Source of the DNA: Hormiphora californensis
Lineage: Eukaryota; Animalia; Ctenophora
DNA length: 64,000 nt
Direction: 5' to 3'
Assembly: GCA_020137815.1 (NCBI GenBank)
Contig: CM035360.1
Coordinates: 4,712,001 to 4,776,000, forward strand
Shown: in pieces, positions 51,801 through 64,000 of the stretch
How positions within the stretch are numbered: position 1 is the first letter of the stretch
Layout: each line of letters begins with the position of its first letter
Notes under the pieces: generated by a model
The model's input: only the letters and a program-made list of their open reading frames with translations
What the model was told of the DNA's origin: nothing
The model's database searches: none
Program-made: the position numbers and the translations under genes

Positions 51801-54800
51801 TGCATTTCCCTTCACTCCAAACCTCACCTCCAGCACCTCCATCAGCTTCTCATGATCTACAGTATCGAAAGCTGCGCTCATGTCCAAGAGCATGAGTGCC
51901 GCCACTTTTCCAGAATCAAGTTCTCTCAGCAAGTCATCAAACATTCCAGCCAGAAGAGTCTCGCAGCTGTGACCCGTACGGTAGCCCGACTGATTGGCAT
52001 TCAGTAAGTCATTCTTCTGTAGATAGTCATTCATTTGATTCAATACCACCTTTTCCAAGACTTTTGAAACAAATGCAATGTTTGACACAGGGCGATAGTT
52101 GGCAAGAAGATCTCTATCTCCATTCGGATTCTTTATCGTTGGCATGACAACTGCTCTCTGCAGGGGCTCAGGTACTGAAGCTCTGCACAGTGACTTGTTA
52201 ATGATAGTCGTTAAAGCAGGCGCCAACTCCTCTAGACAATCCTTCACCAGCCACGTTGGAACTGGATCTAGATCACACGACTTAGATGACATCTGCTTCA
52301 CAATGTGAACAAGATCTTTCTGCGAGATCTCTCCAAACTGACTCAGTTCACAGTCAGGCCTCGATGAACCACCACTTCCAGTTCCTCTTACATCTTCGCC
52401 ACTCACACCTCCTCTTCTAGTTCCTCTTACATCTTCACCACTCACCCCACTTCCTGTTCCACTTACATCTTCACTACTCCCACTTCCGGTTCCACTTACA
52501 TCTTCATCACTCACACCTCCACTTCCAGTTCCACTTACACCTTCACCACTCACACTGCCACTTCCAGTTCCACTTACATCTTCTCTTCCTAAACCTTCCC
52601 CCTTACCACTACATCCAGCCCCAGCCTCTTGCTCTTCGAGTACAGCTGATCGTATCCTATCAATCTTTCCAGAGAAAAACTGTGCAAAGTTATCAGCAAG
52701 CTTCTTGTCAGATAGTCCACTCGGTAGTAGTGTCTCTTTCTTTCCAAGGAGTCGACTTAGCATTTTCTGAAGTCCAGCAGGATCATCCTTCACATCCTCC
52801 AACTTCCTCTTTACATAATCCATTCTTGCTTCTTTGTCAATCCTCTCAAACTGTCTTTGGAGTTCCCTGTACCGTGCTTTCGTTAGCCCTGTTTTATTCT
52901 TCTCCCACGCTCTCTCCGCTTTCCTTCTCTCCCGCAGGGTGTCTCGAACATCCTGTCTCTCTCTCCAGGGCCTGAAGTTCTTCACCGATTTTCTCCTTTT
53001 AGTCGGGACAAATCTCTCTACAGCCTCCCTCAAAGCCCGATCATACCGATACAAAGCCTCTTCTGGTGTCACGTCATCTGGAATTTCCAAACACAGATCC
53101 CTCAGCCCATTCCGGAAGACCTCTACATCCACAGCCTTAAAATCATGGTAGACACTCATCCTCTCCCGGGAAACATATCTTCCCTCAGAAGCTAACTTTA
53201 CCTCCGCCATTACCAGATAGTGATCCGACATCGTGCCATCTGGAAATATCCTCAGGTTCCCCAACTTACTGGCCATGCCACGCTGACAGATAATCAAATC
53301 CAGAGTTCCTCCTCGAAGATGGGTAGGCAATAGCGGCACATTCTGGACAAAATCAAACGAGTCCAGAAGGTTGAGGAGTTTCTTCGCGTAGAAGTTACTG
53401 GAGTCTTGTACTTGAAAATTAAAATCGCCCATAATCAGTGGACTTCCAGTTTTCATCAGAAGGTCAGAGAGGTAGTCATTGAACTCATCAAGAAAGTTAG
53501 CCTCAGTAAACCTTGCTTTACCGTTGTAAGGTGGCCTGTAAACATTGCACAGTCGCACCAGATCATCCTCTCCACCAACCAACACTTCCTGGACTTGGAA
53601 GGTCTTAAACTTATACTTCACCGGTGCCAACTTCACCATCACTCCATCTCGATAAAGTACTCCAATACCTCCGCCAGACCTCTCATTCCTCGGGCTCGAG
53701 TAAATGTTCCAACCATTCTCCTTAATCTCCTGTATCTTCGCAGTGTCTGTTAACTTCAGGTAAGTTTCTTGGACAAGACACACATCGCATGCCTTCTCTT
53801 CCAGGTGAGTGAGCACTCCAGCAGTCTTATTCATAAGAGAATGAACATTTAGTGTCCCAATCCTCCAAGTCTTCTTCTCCTCAGCTCCTCCATGGCCCTC
53901 GTCCGATAACCGTTTTTTGCCTCTTTCTTCACTCCACTTGTTTTCTCCATAAGCTTTGTTCGCTCATTAATGTAGAACGGACACAGAGTACTGGATGCAA
54001 GATGTGACCTAGCATGTCTCCTGTCCTCTCTGCCATTACTCTTCTGACAGTTAACACAGTTCATCTTCCCTGTATCATTCCTCCTCTTGTGACCACAACT
54101 CCGAGTCTCATGATCTCCAGCACAGAAAGCACACACCGCAGCTCCATCCTTCTTTGTACATCTGATTGATCCTGCTACATGTCCAAACTCCTGACAGTGA
54201 AAACACTGTACCACATGATACCTGTCCCTGACTGAATACTGTCTCAGCTTCAGGAATACCTTGTCTCCTCTCTGGGCGATTACATTCCTTATTTCTGGAG
54301 TTACCTGGAGAACTGCAAACCTTCCAGCAGGATTCATATGAACCACTTTCACCTTGGCACCCTGATCCACCAGCTTCTTGATTTCCTCATTCTTTCCACT
54401 AGTTATCTCCGAGATTAACGTCTCCTTGTCAAGCAAATCCTGCCCAAGATCGCCAATTGAAATTCTCGGGTCAAGAAGCGATTTCGTCTCTGTGACCATC
54501 TGAACCTCCTGACCAAGTGCTGGTGGTAAAACATTATTGGCTTCCTTCAGTTGGTCCTCATTCTGGAACGACAGCCGCACACTACCTTTGTTCACTACCG
54601 CGTTCAACACAGGAACTCCCTTCAAAGCTTTCTCCACCGAGAAAAAACAACTCCAAGAAAAAATGATCAGTCTGAAGGCTGAAATGGAAAAATTGGCTGT
54701 CAGTATGACAGAACATGGTTTGGAACCAGATCCAGGGTTCACGAAAAATACCGGATCAAAACTCCCCAAATTCAAAAAGGGAGACAACTTCAACACTTTT

Positions 54801-57800
54801 TGTGACCGTTTTGAGGATTATGCAAAATACACAAAAACTGTAAAAAATCTTGATACTCTGTTTTTACAGTGTGTAGACAACACATCATATCCAACTTTGA
54901 GAACCTTGATGGACGGTCTAACCAACACGGTTAAAAATGACATTTCTCTGTTATGCAGAGAGTTAAAAAAGGGTTTCTCTGGCGGTGAAACACAAACTGT
55001 GAAACAACAATTGATGAGTTTAAAGCAGTCATCAACAGACAGTATTACCTCGTTCTGTGCAAACATTGAGGAAAAGGCAAGATTGTCTTATGGAAACATG
55101 AAGGATGCGGATGACATTGCACTCCTTGTACTACTGAGAGGTCTGAGAAATAGGGATATTAAACAAAAACTGAATGAAGCATCACTAACATCCTATGAGG
55201 AAGGGATGAGAATGGCACTGAAATTGGAGACTGTAAACAACCTGATAAACGGTGAACCTTCTACTGACGTCCTACAAGCAGGAGAGGCACGAGAGGATAG
55301 TTTTTCGAGAGGTAACCAGGATCGGTGGAGGAGCAGTGAGAGATATCGGGATAACAGCAGGGGAAGGAACGATCGCAGCAGACAGAGGAGTCGCACCTGC
55401 ACCCCAAGCATGGAACAAGATAGATACCGGGGCTACTACAACCACCGTAACAGGAGCAGCGGCAGATACAACTCAAGAAGAGATTCTACACCACACCGAC
55501 GGAAAGTGAACTGGTCGGATAATCAGATCAGGTGCTACAACTGCGGGAAGAGAGGTCACATGGCCAGAAACTGCTACTCGAATAGGCGGAACCATTTAAA
55601 CTAGATGCGGGTTGCACCAAGGTTTATTCTGCGGATTCTTGTAAAGGCAACCCAAGGAGAGGAAAACAAATGATTGTGACAGGTCACATTGAAAATACAC
55701 CGTTGAACATTTTACTGGACACTGGAGCTGGTGCATCTCTCATCAGTACACGCACTGTCTACCAACTTGGTAAACAAGACAAAATTCAGCCCACAGAAAC
55801 AATAATTCGGGGCTTATCTAAAACAAATCTCTTGCCAAAAGGAGAGATCTACTTAAAAATAGCTGTAGCAAAGACGGAAGTACAGCAACGTTTTGTTGTC
55901 ATGGACAACCTGGCGGATGACATCCTAGCTGGGACAGATCTGATGGAAAAACTTGATATGAGAATTGATGTGAAAGAAAACAAAATATTTACCCAATACG
56001 GGAAAACATTGGCAAGGAGCTATCCTATCGCCCTACCACAAACTTGCAAAGTCAAGGTAAGACGAACTGTAACCATTCCTGGAAACAGCGTCACACACAT
56101 CTCAGCAATACTGAACATCCCTAAATCTGAGAAAACATATGAAGGGGTATTGTTTGGAAATCGGAGAATAACAAACTCTCTGGGTGTGTGCATTGAAAAT
56201 TCTATGGCGCATAGCAAGGGTAATGAGATACTGGTGCGATGTATCAATCCATTCCCACACGTTATAACACTGCACAGAAATAGGGTCATTGGCAACATGA
56301 TGCCACTGGATCAGTCGTACAGACAAAATGTTTACAAAACATCAGAAGATGTTACTCTTGAAAATATTCCTCGATTACCTGAAGCTGAACCTGAAGAGGT
56401 GACACGGATAGGGACAAATGGGAGGATATAGAAAAATTGTTTGATCAGCTTGGCGTTGAATCACTCCAAATTGATGAAGAACACAAAACCAAACTAAAAA
56501 ACATTCTGAAACACTATTCCCATTGTTTTTCAAAACACCAATTTGACCTAGGAACTGCCACCTTTGTTGAGGCATCCTTGAAACTCAAAGACAGTTATGT
56601 AGCAAGGTGGATACCCAGTAGGGAAGTTCCATATGATCTACAAAACGTCATGGAAGAAGAGCTCATGACATTGGTCAAGTCTGGACAAATTGAAGAGTGC
56701 AAAGGGACCAGGGATCTGGAACAGTCCGGTCTTTCTGGTGAAAAAGCCAGGAACGAAAAAATACCGAGTTGTGCAAGACTTGAGACAGCTCAACAAGAGA
56801 GCATCCCCGAAACATTCCCATTACCAAATATAAACACGGTGATGAACAACATGGATGAATGTGAGTGGCTAACCTCATTTGACTTCACAAAAGGTTTCAA
56901 TCAGATAAAACTTGACGAGGAAAGCAAACCACTAACAGCTTTCACTTATAAAAACACTCGCTATCAATGGACGAGGCTCATTATGGGTCACTGCTCTAGC
57001 AGTAGTATATTTGCCAAATCTATGGCAGAATTGTTCCAAAAAGTTCCTTTCCAAGCGCTAATTTGCTTCTTGGATGATGTTGCTAATAGGAAGCAACACT
57101 GTTGATACACATCTAGACAGGCTGGAATTCGTTTTAGCAAGACTGTCATTTGGAGGATTGAAAATTAGTCCTTCTAAAACACAATTGTTCAGAAAACAAG
57201 TCAAATTTCTCGGACACATCATGAACAAAAATGGCATTTCTATTGATCCAGCTCGTGTGGATGCAATAAAGAAACTACAATTGCCAAAGTCTGTGAAAGA
57301 ACTGCAAAAATTTCTGGGAGCTGTAAATTATAACAGAGCCTATATAAAAGATTACAGCAAAATAGCAACCCCGCTATACGACATGCTACAGAAGAAACGC
57401 AAATTTGAGTGGAATTCTACTTCCACAAAAGCATTTGAAAATTTGAAAAATGCACTTGGAAAAACACCGGTCTTGGTGATTCCAAACTACCAGCACCCTG
57501 ACCAAAATTATGAGTTGACAATTGACTCCAGTAAAATCGGCCATGGGGCCACACTAAACCAAGTATTACATGGGAAAAAGAGGACCATAGCCTATTGGTC
57601 AAAATCGGTACCTGTGCATCAGAGAAAATTTGGGGCAACTAGACTAGATTTCTTGGTCTATGTCATGCTCTAACGCACTTCCGGATGTACCTGATGGGTA
57701 CAAAAAGGTTCAAGGTGCTAACTGATTGTAAAGCTCTGCTAAACTTGAAAACCATTTTCAAGAAAGAGAGTAGCTACATTCACAGAAAAATAGCCGAATT

Positions 57801-60800
57801 GGAAGAATACAATTTTGACATAATGCACATTGCTGGCGAATCTGTACACATGGGTATGACAGATTATTTGAGCCGACACCCAATACCCAAAACAAACTGT
57901 GTAGGTACACAGACCTTGGAAAATGATACAATGCATAGATCGGATGACAAACAAAGAAATCTAACTGACCACGTGGTTCAGGTCAACAAATCACTTGCAA
58001 TTGATATACCTATCACTCTGACAGAGATAAAGCAAGATTATGCTGATGATGTAACATTGTCAACAGTCATTGGTTGGCTAAAGAACAAGAACACACCAAA
58101 ACAGCTGTCTAGCAGGAAAACACCGGCTGAACTTCTCCACTACTGGAGACAGATAAAAATGTTACATGTTGAAAATGGTGTACTCAAAAAGAGGTTGATA
58201 GACCCCAATAACAAAGAAAATGACAGAACATTAACTGTTCTACCACACACTCTCGTAGAGAGAACAATGTACGCTTACCATGACAAGAACGGTCATGCTG
58301 GTTTCGAAACATGTCTAAGCAGTTGTCAACAGACATACTACTTTTACAAACAACGGAAAATGTTCCACATGTACTGCGATGCATGCTTAAAATGTGCCAG
58401 GGGAAAACAGCCCCATAGATTCAAAAAAGCACCACTAAAACCAATGACATACACGGAATTTGGACAGTGTGTGGCAATTGATTTTTTGGAACGCTCCAAA
58501 ACACCAAATGCAAGAGGGTACACTGCATTATTGGTCATGGTGGACCAATTTTCAAATTACGTGGTAGCAATACCCGTGAAGTCCACTGGGGCCGAGGAGG
58601 CTGCCAGAGTTATTGTGAGGGAATGGATACAACGTCTAGGTGTTATGAAATCCATTAGGCATGATCTGGGATCTGCTTTTACCTCAAAATTATTCCAAGC
58701 TATGTTGAAGATGTTCGACATACAAAGCAAACATGGAGTGGCTTGGCACTCACAAGCAAATGGGTTATGTGAAGCAATGAACAAACGTATAAACACATGT
58801 ATACGGACGTGTTTAACACCACAACAACAAATGAATTTTGATCAATGGATCGGGTACATAACATTCACCATGAACTGTTTAAAGAGTTCAAAAACAAAAC
58901 ATACTGCAAATTTTCTAGTATTCTCTAGGGAACTTGCTGCCCCAAGAGATTTGTTTGTTGTCGATAATGAGAGAACAGAAAACGCAGAAAATGAATTGTG
59001 TGACACACGTGAAAAACAAATTTATGAAACATACATGAAGATACAGAAGGTAACTAGAGAGGCGGTCAAATCTATACAAGAAAAAGCCAAATACATGAAA
59101 GCTGCGTATGACAAACACGTGCACGGACCTTTCTTCGAAGAGGGACAATATTGCATGCTGCTCGTAAAACCAGCTCAACATAAATGGCTACCAAGATTTG
59201 AAGGACCGTACCTCATCACAGAAAAGTTATCTGACCACAATTACATTGTAAAAACAGAAACAGAGAAAAAACTAGTCAACATCACAAAAATGAAGCTGTA
59301 CAAAAAGAACAAATACTCACCCAATGACAAGGTGAATGAATTGAGGAAAGAAAATACCATTCCAAAAAATGTGACTACTAGGATGCCAGAGTATAATGTG
59401 GAAAGTTCTTCCAGCTCATCCAGTTCTGATGACGAGGATTGGGGATTCTACTCATTCCGGAGACCGACTTGCAACACACCCAGTTCTGTACCGGCGGCTA
59501 GCAGCTCAGTTGGGAGCCAAGAAGATGAACAGGATCCTTTCTCTACGGCTCATTCGGGAGCAGAGATTGAGGAACATGCAGAGGTGACGCAGCCCATAGG
59601 CGAGATCAGAGATACTGATCCAGTTAGTGCGTCAACACCAATACCTGCTGAGAGACGGACTTCTTCCAGGGACAGGAAACCTATGGAGAGGCTCAATTAT
59701 AACCGTCTCGGAGGTCCCAAGGAGACAAGGGGACAACCAGATAACGACGATACGATCACAGAAGTGACGACTGATGGATCGGATGAAAGTCAGCCAGAGA
59801 CAATGGCTGGTGTAACGACGGAGAGGCTACCAGAGATAGCTAATGAAGCGGAGGAAAGGCAACTGGAGCTAGAGATGATGACTGATGAATCGGACGAAAG
59901 CGAACCAGAGTTAACGACTAATGAGACGAAGGAAAGTCACACGAAGATGACTACTGACGAAGAAGGGCAACCAGACTTACCTACAGCTGTTCAACCAACA
60001 GATTACACAGAAGCTGGACCTTCAATCCCAGCACCAGTAAAGATAGAGCCAGAATTCAACGTTCCAGGGAAACCTCTGAAGAAACCCAGAGGAAAGATGG
60101 ACTTGGCATATATCGCGGGAGCTTCGAAGCTATACACACCGGAAGAAAAGGTGATGCTGAGGATGTACAGAGCGGAGAAAGCGAGGAGAAAGCAGCTAGA
60201 GAAGAAGCAGTAAATCCCCACTACTCCGAGGAACATGTTTTGTGAAGATGCAAGCTAAAAAGATACCTGGACTAGTAGTTTCTGGAAAAATGCTAATGGC
60301 CATAAGCACTTTCCTCGTAGAAACAAACGTCAGATTTACGGGTCCAAAAAACTAGCTGTGAAATAAAAAACATACAAACGACTATACTGATGGAGTAAGT
60401 CACACTAATCATTATAAATGCCTACTGGGATCAAGTGCGGGTTGATCCACTATCATGAACCATGGGCTACCGCGACTCACTGCATCGAAAGCTGTGAGAG
60501 AGCATCATTGCGTGCCAAAACTAAAAGTGGATTGAAAATTGCAGGGATGAAACAAATTTTAGTCCCTGTGCCAAGAGAAACCAAAATACCATAATTTAAT
60601 GGTGATAAATCTGTTCGATAGACAAATGTCCAACCAGTCGATTAAAGCGGTGGATTATTTCACGAATAATTTGTCGGTCCACGGGACCGAAATTTATTCT
60701 TAAAAATTTGGTGTATGGATGTGTTATACACCTCTTTTCATCATTACAAATATGTACACTCATGTGCACCCCCGATAAATTGGGTTCCTACCCACTCTTC

Positions 60801-63800
60801 TTTAAATTGAATATATATTTATTCACCCTCTTCAAACTGGATTTGGTACGGCATAGTTACTCGGAACAGCTTGGACCGAATGAGATCATTGTGGAGATAG
60901 TCATAACAACATGGCACTTGCGGAGATAATCATAACAATCTGAACTGTTAAGAAGAGATAGTCACAACAACCTCTACGTTTAACACGAGGAATCTACGTC
61001 AACCCGGATTCTAGGAAGAGTATTTATACTACGACGAGGACGGAAGAAGGAGCGTTGTCAAGATCGATATCACGAGCGATCACTGAGCTAAAACACCGAA
61101 GACTATACAAATTCTTGTCGAATAATTCATTTCGACAGATCTGTTTATTTCCGTGTTCCTTACCCCAGAACCAATCTATCATCGCTCACCCATTCACTAA
61201 CCAGCGCTACATACACCCTTAACAAGGACACATTGATCAGACTACCAACGAAACATACAGCAGATCACAACGTGGTAGCACATTGTGGAAGAAGAAAGGA
61301 TTACTTGGCTACCAATATACAGGACACACCGAATAAAACAGGGAGTGGAGATCCCGGTAAATCGGGGTCCGACAGTATACTTACATCCTGGATTGTTTGT
61401 TGGATGGAAGCAATGCTCTGCCCACTGATACTGGTACTCTTAGTGAATTTGAAGGCGCTGATAAGGGTGGCACTGTTCTCACAGCTCTTCATGACTTCTT
61501 CAAATGTAACCTAAAAAGGGAGAATACAATTGTTAATTGGGGAGTACGAGTTAATTAATTTACTTAATTGACTAAATCAATGTTGCTTCCCCTAATATGT
61601 TCATTTGTTCCCAGTCTGCATGGTTCTACTCATAGTAAATACCTGAAGTCCTCCTTCAATGTTGAGTGTATCGTTCATTGTCTTGGTGAGGTTAACACTC
61701 AGTCCAGATTGAAGAGTATACCCCTCAGATAACTGAAAAAAAGGGAAATGATCATATCAAAAGAATTATTTAACCGGAATGAAAATTTAATAGGGAATAG
61801 GCTGTAAATAATTTCATTCTATTTTTCGCGATCTCCTTGTTCTCCTTGATCTCCTATTCTAAACTACAGTCAGAGCATTGGCCTGGCCCTATTCTCAACT
61901 ACTTAACAGTCAGAGCATTGGTTTGACAATGATCTCCCCTCTCTCTCTCTCTTACCACAGATATCAGTTTATCATCAGAATACTGTTTACACAGATTCTC
62001 ATCGACCATAACAACAGTAACCAGGATGGCCGCAACCAAGGTGGCAATAGCACACAACATGACAGAACAGTAACTGGTGCACATCATGAGGGTTCCACAT
62101 GTACCACTCTTTCGCTCATTGGGAGGGAGGTCGTCATTCACCTAGGAATGAGGGTGTTACAGATCTAGGAGATAACATCAGTAACAAGAATGGGTTTTAT
62201 ATATATACTCAGATCTATCTCAGTTGAGATTCAATGGGGGGGGTGTTAGACCATGCCAGCCTATTGATAACACACTCACCCTACAACATCCCAGAATAGT
62301 GGTGACAAGTCCAATAAGAATGGTAAGAAGAAGGAGAATAGCGAGAAGGAGCACAAACAGGAAGACTCCAAACAGGACGTATTTATAGGGCTCTGTTCCA
62401 TACACCTCAATGCCATCAGGAACATCATCTAGTGTCTCTTGAGATGATGTCTTGAACATCATTACATCCCTGGAAAGGAGAAGTTAGAATGGGTGGCGTG
62501 GTATCGGGTTGCCTGACACTTTGTCTGCCCTCTAAGTAAGTAATAATTCAACAAGGGATCGGGTTTACAAAGGTGATATATTTTTGGTGATATATGCTAC
62601 TCCACTCTTTGAATTGTTCATACAAGGAAACAGTGTCAGATAGACTCAATCCACTCTTTGACAAGACACTACCAGTAACTAACATGACATGTTTAAACTT
62701 ACTTGAAATACTGCATGACAGCATTAATGGTGGTGGAGGTATCACTTGTATATGTCTGAACATCAGATGAAGCGTTCCTTAGAGTCATCTGTACATCTTC
62801 AGATATAATCTTCTCGAACTCTTCTTGTGCCAGATTTAGAGTTTTTTGGTAATCTGCGATGGGGAATATTATATATTGGTATCCTACGTTGGTATTTGAG
62901 AGTGCTATTATTTGTTCATTTTACTGGTATTCCATACTCCTAGCACAGATATACCAAAATGTTAAAGATGAGCCAACATTTATATCTTGTAAATGTTCTA
63001 ACCCTCTAAACAGAGTCTAGCTAGGCAACATATATCTTACCAACGTCAGCAGTGGCGGCCTGCTCTTTGGTGGTAGAATCTAGGTTGTTCCACTGATCAT
63101 TCACAAATGTTGCCCATTCCCCAATTGTTTTACCATCAAACGTGGATATCTCACCAAGCTTCGTCTTGACATCGTCTATCTCATCTTGTTGTAACTGTGA
63201 GAGATAGTATGATGAAAATTTTAATTTTTCTTGAGCTTGGTAACTACCCCTCCCTTTTTCACGTGTAGCAGGAGATGGGCGGGAAATCTTTTCCGACAAA
63301 TCTTATGTCCATTTTATACTTCCTAAACCACCCGTTACCCTATGATTATTAATGTTCACTTACGTTATCGACAACGAATGTGACCTCAAACTGACTAGTA
63401 GGAATCACGTCACTACATGTCGTACTCGATTCACCAGCGTCACAAGCCTCAATGGCAGCCTTGCAGACAGCCAGGTATGTGTTGATGGTGTTTATATTGT
63501 CTGCTATGCTGTCTATACTGGTATCAAGGGCGTTAACCGTCGTGTTCACATCCGTCACCGCTGAGGAGGAGGAGGGAGTAGGGGTGTTAACATGGAATAA
63601 TGGGGGAGGGAGAGTAGGGGTGTATAATGGGGGGTGTTAACATTGAATAGTGTGAATGTTAACATTCATAGCAGGTACGTATTGAATTGAGTTTATAGTG
63701 GTACCCAAACAGTCTACTTACATCCATCAAGGGCGTTCAGCCCAGTCACTATCGTGTCTTTAGCGGTGGAGAGATTTGTGTTCCCCGTGATATTTGCAAC

Positions 63801-64000
63801 ACAGTTATCTACTGAATCTAAAGAGGGGAGTTTCATAGTAACCATGGTAACCATCACGATTCATGGTAACAAATGTTTAGATTTATCGAAACAGCAGTGA
63901 TCAAGTCTAGCCGTGCGTGTAGCGACTTACTGTTAACGAGTGGTGACAATTCTTGAACGAACCGGGGAAACTCGTCTGATTTCAGTGTTTCAAATTGCTA
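45885..64000 (-). CDS. Prominin (CD133)-like pentaspan membrane protein, 5' incomplete. Exons include 63722-63811, 63364-63560, 63041-63194, 62703-62853, 62280-62469, 61956-62141, about 61643-61732, 61385-61509, 49602-49748, about 48932-49420, 47692-47850, 47367-47495, about 45885-46298
   Basis: TM pair separated by the Cys/Gly loop GCCR..ERKSGTCGTLMM, then ENLC. Long helical ectodomains. NCQPLSALYKTVFNYSCDSILIHI precedes the last TM, which ends CLARYF. This matches the prominin pattern. Confidence 0.78.
47883..48715. mobile_element. Poly-G-capped TIR element with (tttttgaag)n subterminal arrays and an 8-bp TSD (Merlin-like)
   Basis: gggtgcaa|G10 ccggctgaagtttttgaag ... cttcaaaaacttcagccgg C12|gggtgcaa. 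Confidence 0.85.
50678..53918 (-). CDS. LINE ORF2 (AP endonuclease plus reverse transcriptase), with one frameshift near 51670
   Basis: IGTLNV, VQETYL, VYRPP, MGDFN, TLDL, SDHY, NYRPVS, DMSAAFDTVDH, GVPQGSLLGP, YADD, and an L2-type C-terminus LPIQQRLTFK..APEYL. Confidence 0.93.
53849..54635 (-). CDS. LINE ORF1 (gag-like, CCHC), 5' truncated
   Basis: CFHCQEFGH..C, CAFCAGDH..C, CVNC..H..C. Confidence 0.88.
54636..55604 (+). CDS. gag: Gypsy Gag with a CCHC knuckle; its N-terminus (50526-50542) is split off by the LINE
   Basis: LPKFKKGDNF, LKQSSTDSITSF and CYNCGKRGHMARNC. The rejoined flanks read MEKIQ-TEKKQLQEKM. Confidence 0.9.
   Translation, partial: TEKKQLQEKMISLKAEMEKLAVSMTEHGLEPDPGFTKNTGSKLPKFKKGDNFNTFCDRFEDYAKYTKTVKNLDTLFLQCVDNTSYPTLRTLMDGLTNTVKNDISLLCRELKKGFSGGETQTVKQQLMSLKQSSTDSITSFCANIEEKARLSYGNMKDADDIALLVLLRGLRNRDIKQKLNEASLTSYEEGMRMALKLETVNNLINGEPSTDVLQAGEAREDSFSRGNQDRWRSSERYRDNSRGRNDRSRQRSRTCTPSMEQDRYRGYYNHRNRSSGRYNSRRDSTPHRRKVNWSDNQIRCYNCGKRGHMARNCYSNRRNHLN
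55595..60213 (+). CDS. pol: Gypsy Pol (protease, RT, RNase H, integrase, acidic tail), broken by about five single-base frameshifts
   Basis: LLDTGA; DFTKGFNQI; FLDD; TIDSS..GHGA; TDCKAL; HHCC (H..GH..C..C); D..D..E (AIDF, HDLGS, NGLCE); PRFEGPY. Confidence 0.93.

Larger units (their letters stand above)
50543..54635 (-). mobile_element. 5'-truncated L2/CR1-group LINE inserted antisense in the Gypsy gag
   Basis: ORF1 has three Cys-His knuckles and ORF2 is APE-RT. The 3' end terminates at AATAAA. A 2-bp ac is shared at both junctions. Confidence 0.93.
49766..61224 (+). mobile_element. Full-length Ty3/Gypsy LTR retrotransposon with 503-bp LTRs (49766-50268, 60722-61224) and TSD agga
   Basis: TG...CA LTRs that look identical by eye. 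agga on both flanks. PBS-like tggagcc at 50273. Order gag-PR-RT-RH-IN. Confidence 0.97.

Noticed and set aside
51201-52007. 268-aa plus-strand ORF
   Set aside because: Antisense shadow of the LINE RT.
54537-54796. Apparent overlapping antisense ORF pair (gag and LINE ORF1)
   Set aside because: Read-through across the LINE/Gypsy junction at 54636, not a real overlap.
60214-60720. env-like third ORF in the Gypsy element
   Set aside because: Only short ORFs are present, with no signal peptide or TM segment.

Overview
This is eukaryotic, intron-rich animal DNA. It is probably a ctenophore of the Pleurobrachia type; I infer this only from recognising its interspersed repeats. Two minus-strand host genes can be reconstructed exon by exon. 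(1) A prominin/CD133-like membrane protein runs from the right edge to about 45.9 kb, and its last exon is duplicated at 41.5 kb. (2) A large formin (about 40 kb to 2069) carries FH1, FH2 and a DAD-like tail, joined by phase-consistent exons to a PH domain, a long acidic array of Tyr motifs and possibly a DEP-like module. Introns hold nested non-autonomous DNA elements (Tc1/mariner-like, Kolobok-like and hAT-like foldbacks, poly-G-capped elements, a Helitron). A young Ty3/Gypsy element (49766-61224) has an L2-type LINE inserted in its gag, and both show -1 frameshift signals. Several repeats mimic or supply splice signals, most strikingly a 27-bp tandem array of in-frame 3' splice acceptors. 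About 30.8-37.9 kb is low-quality homopolymer sequence, and the flanks of the N-gap are duplicated; both are probably assembly artefacts.
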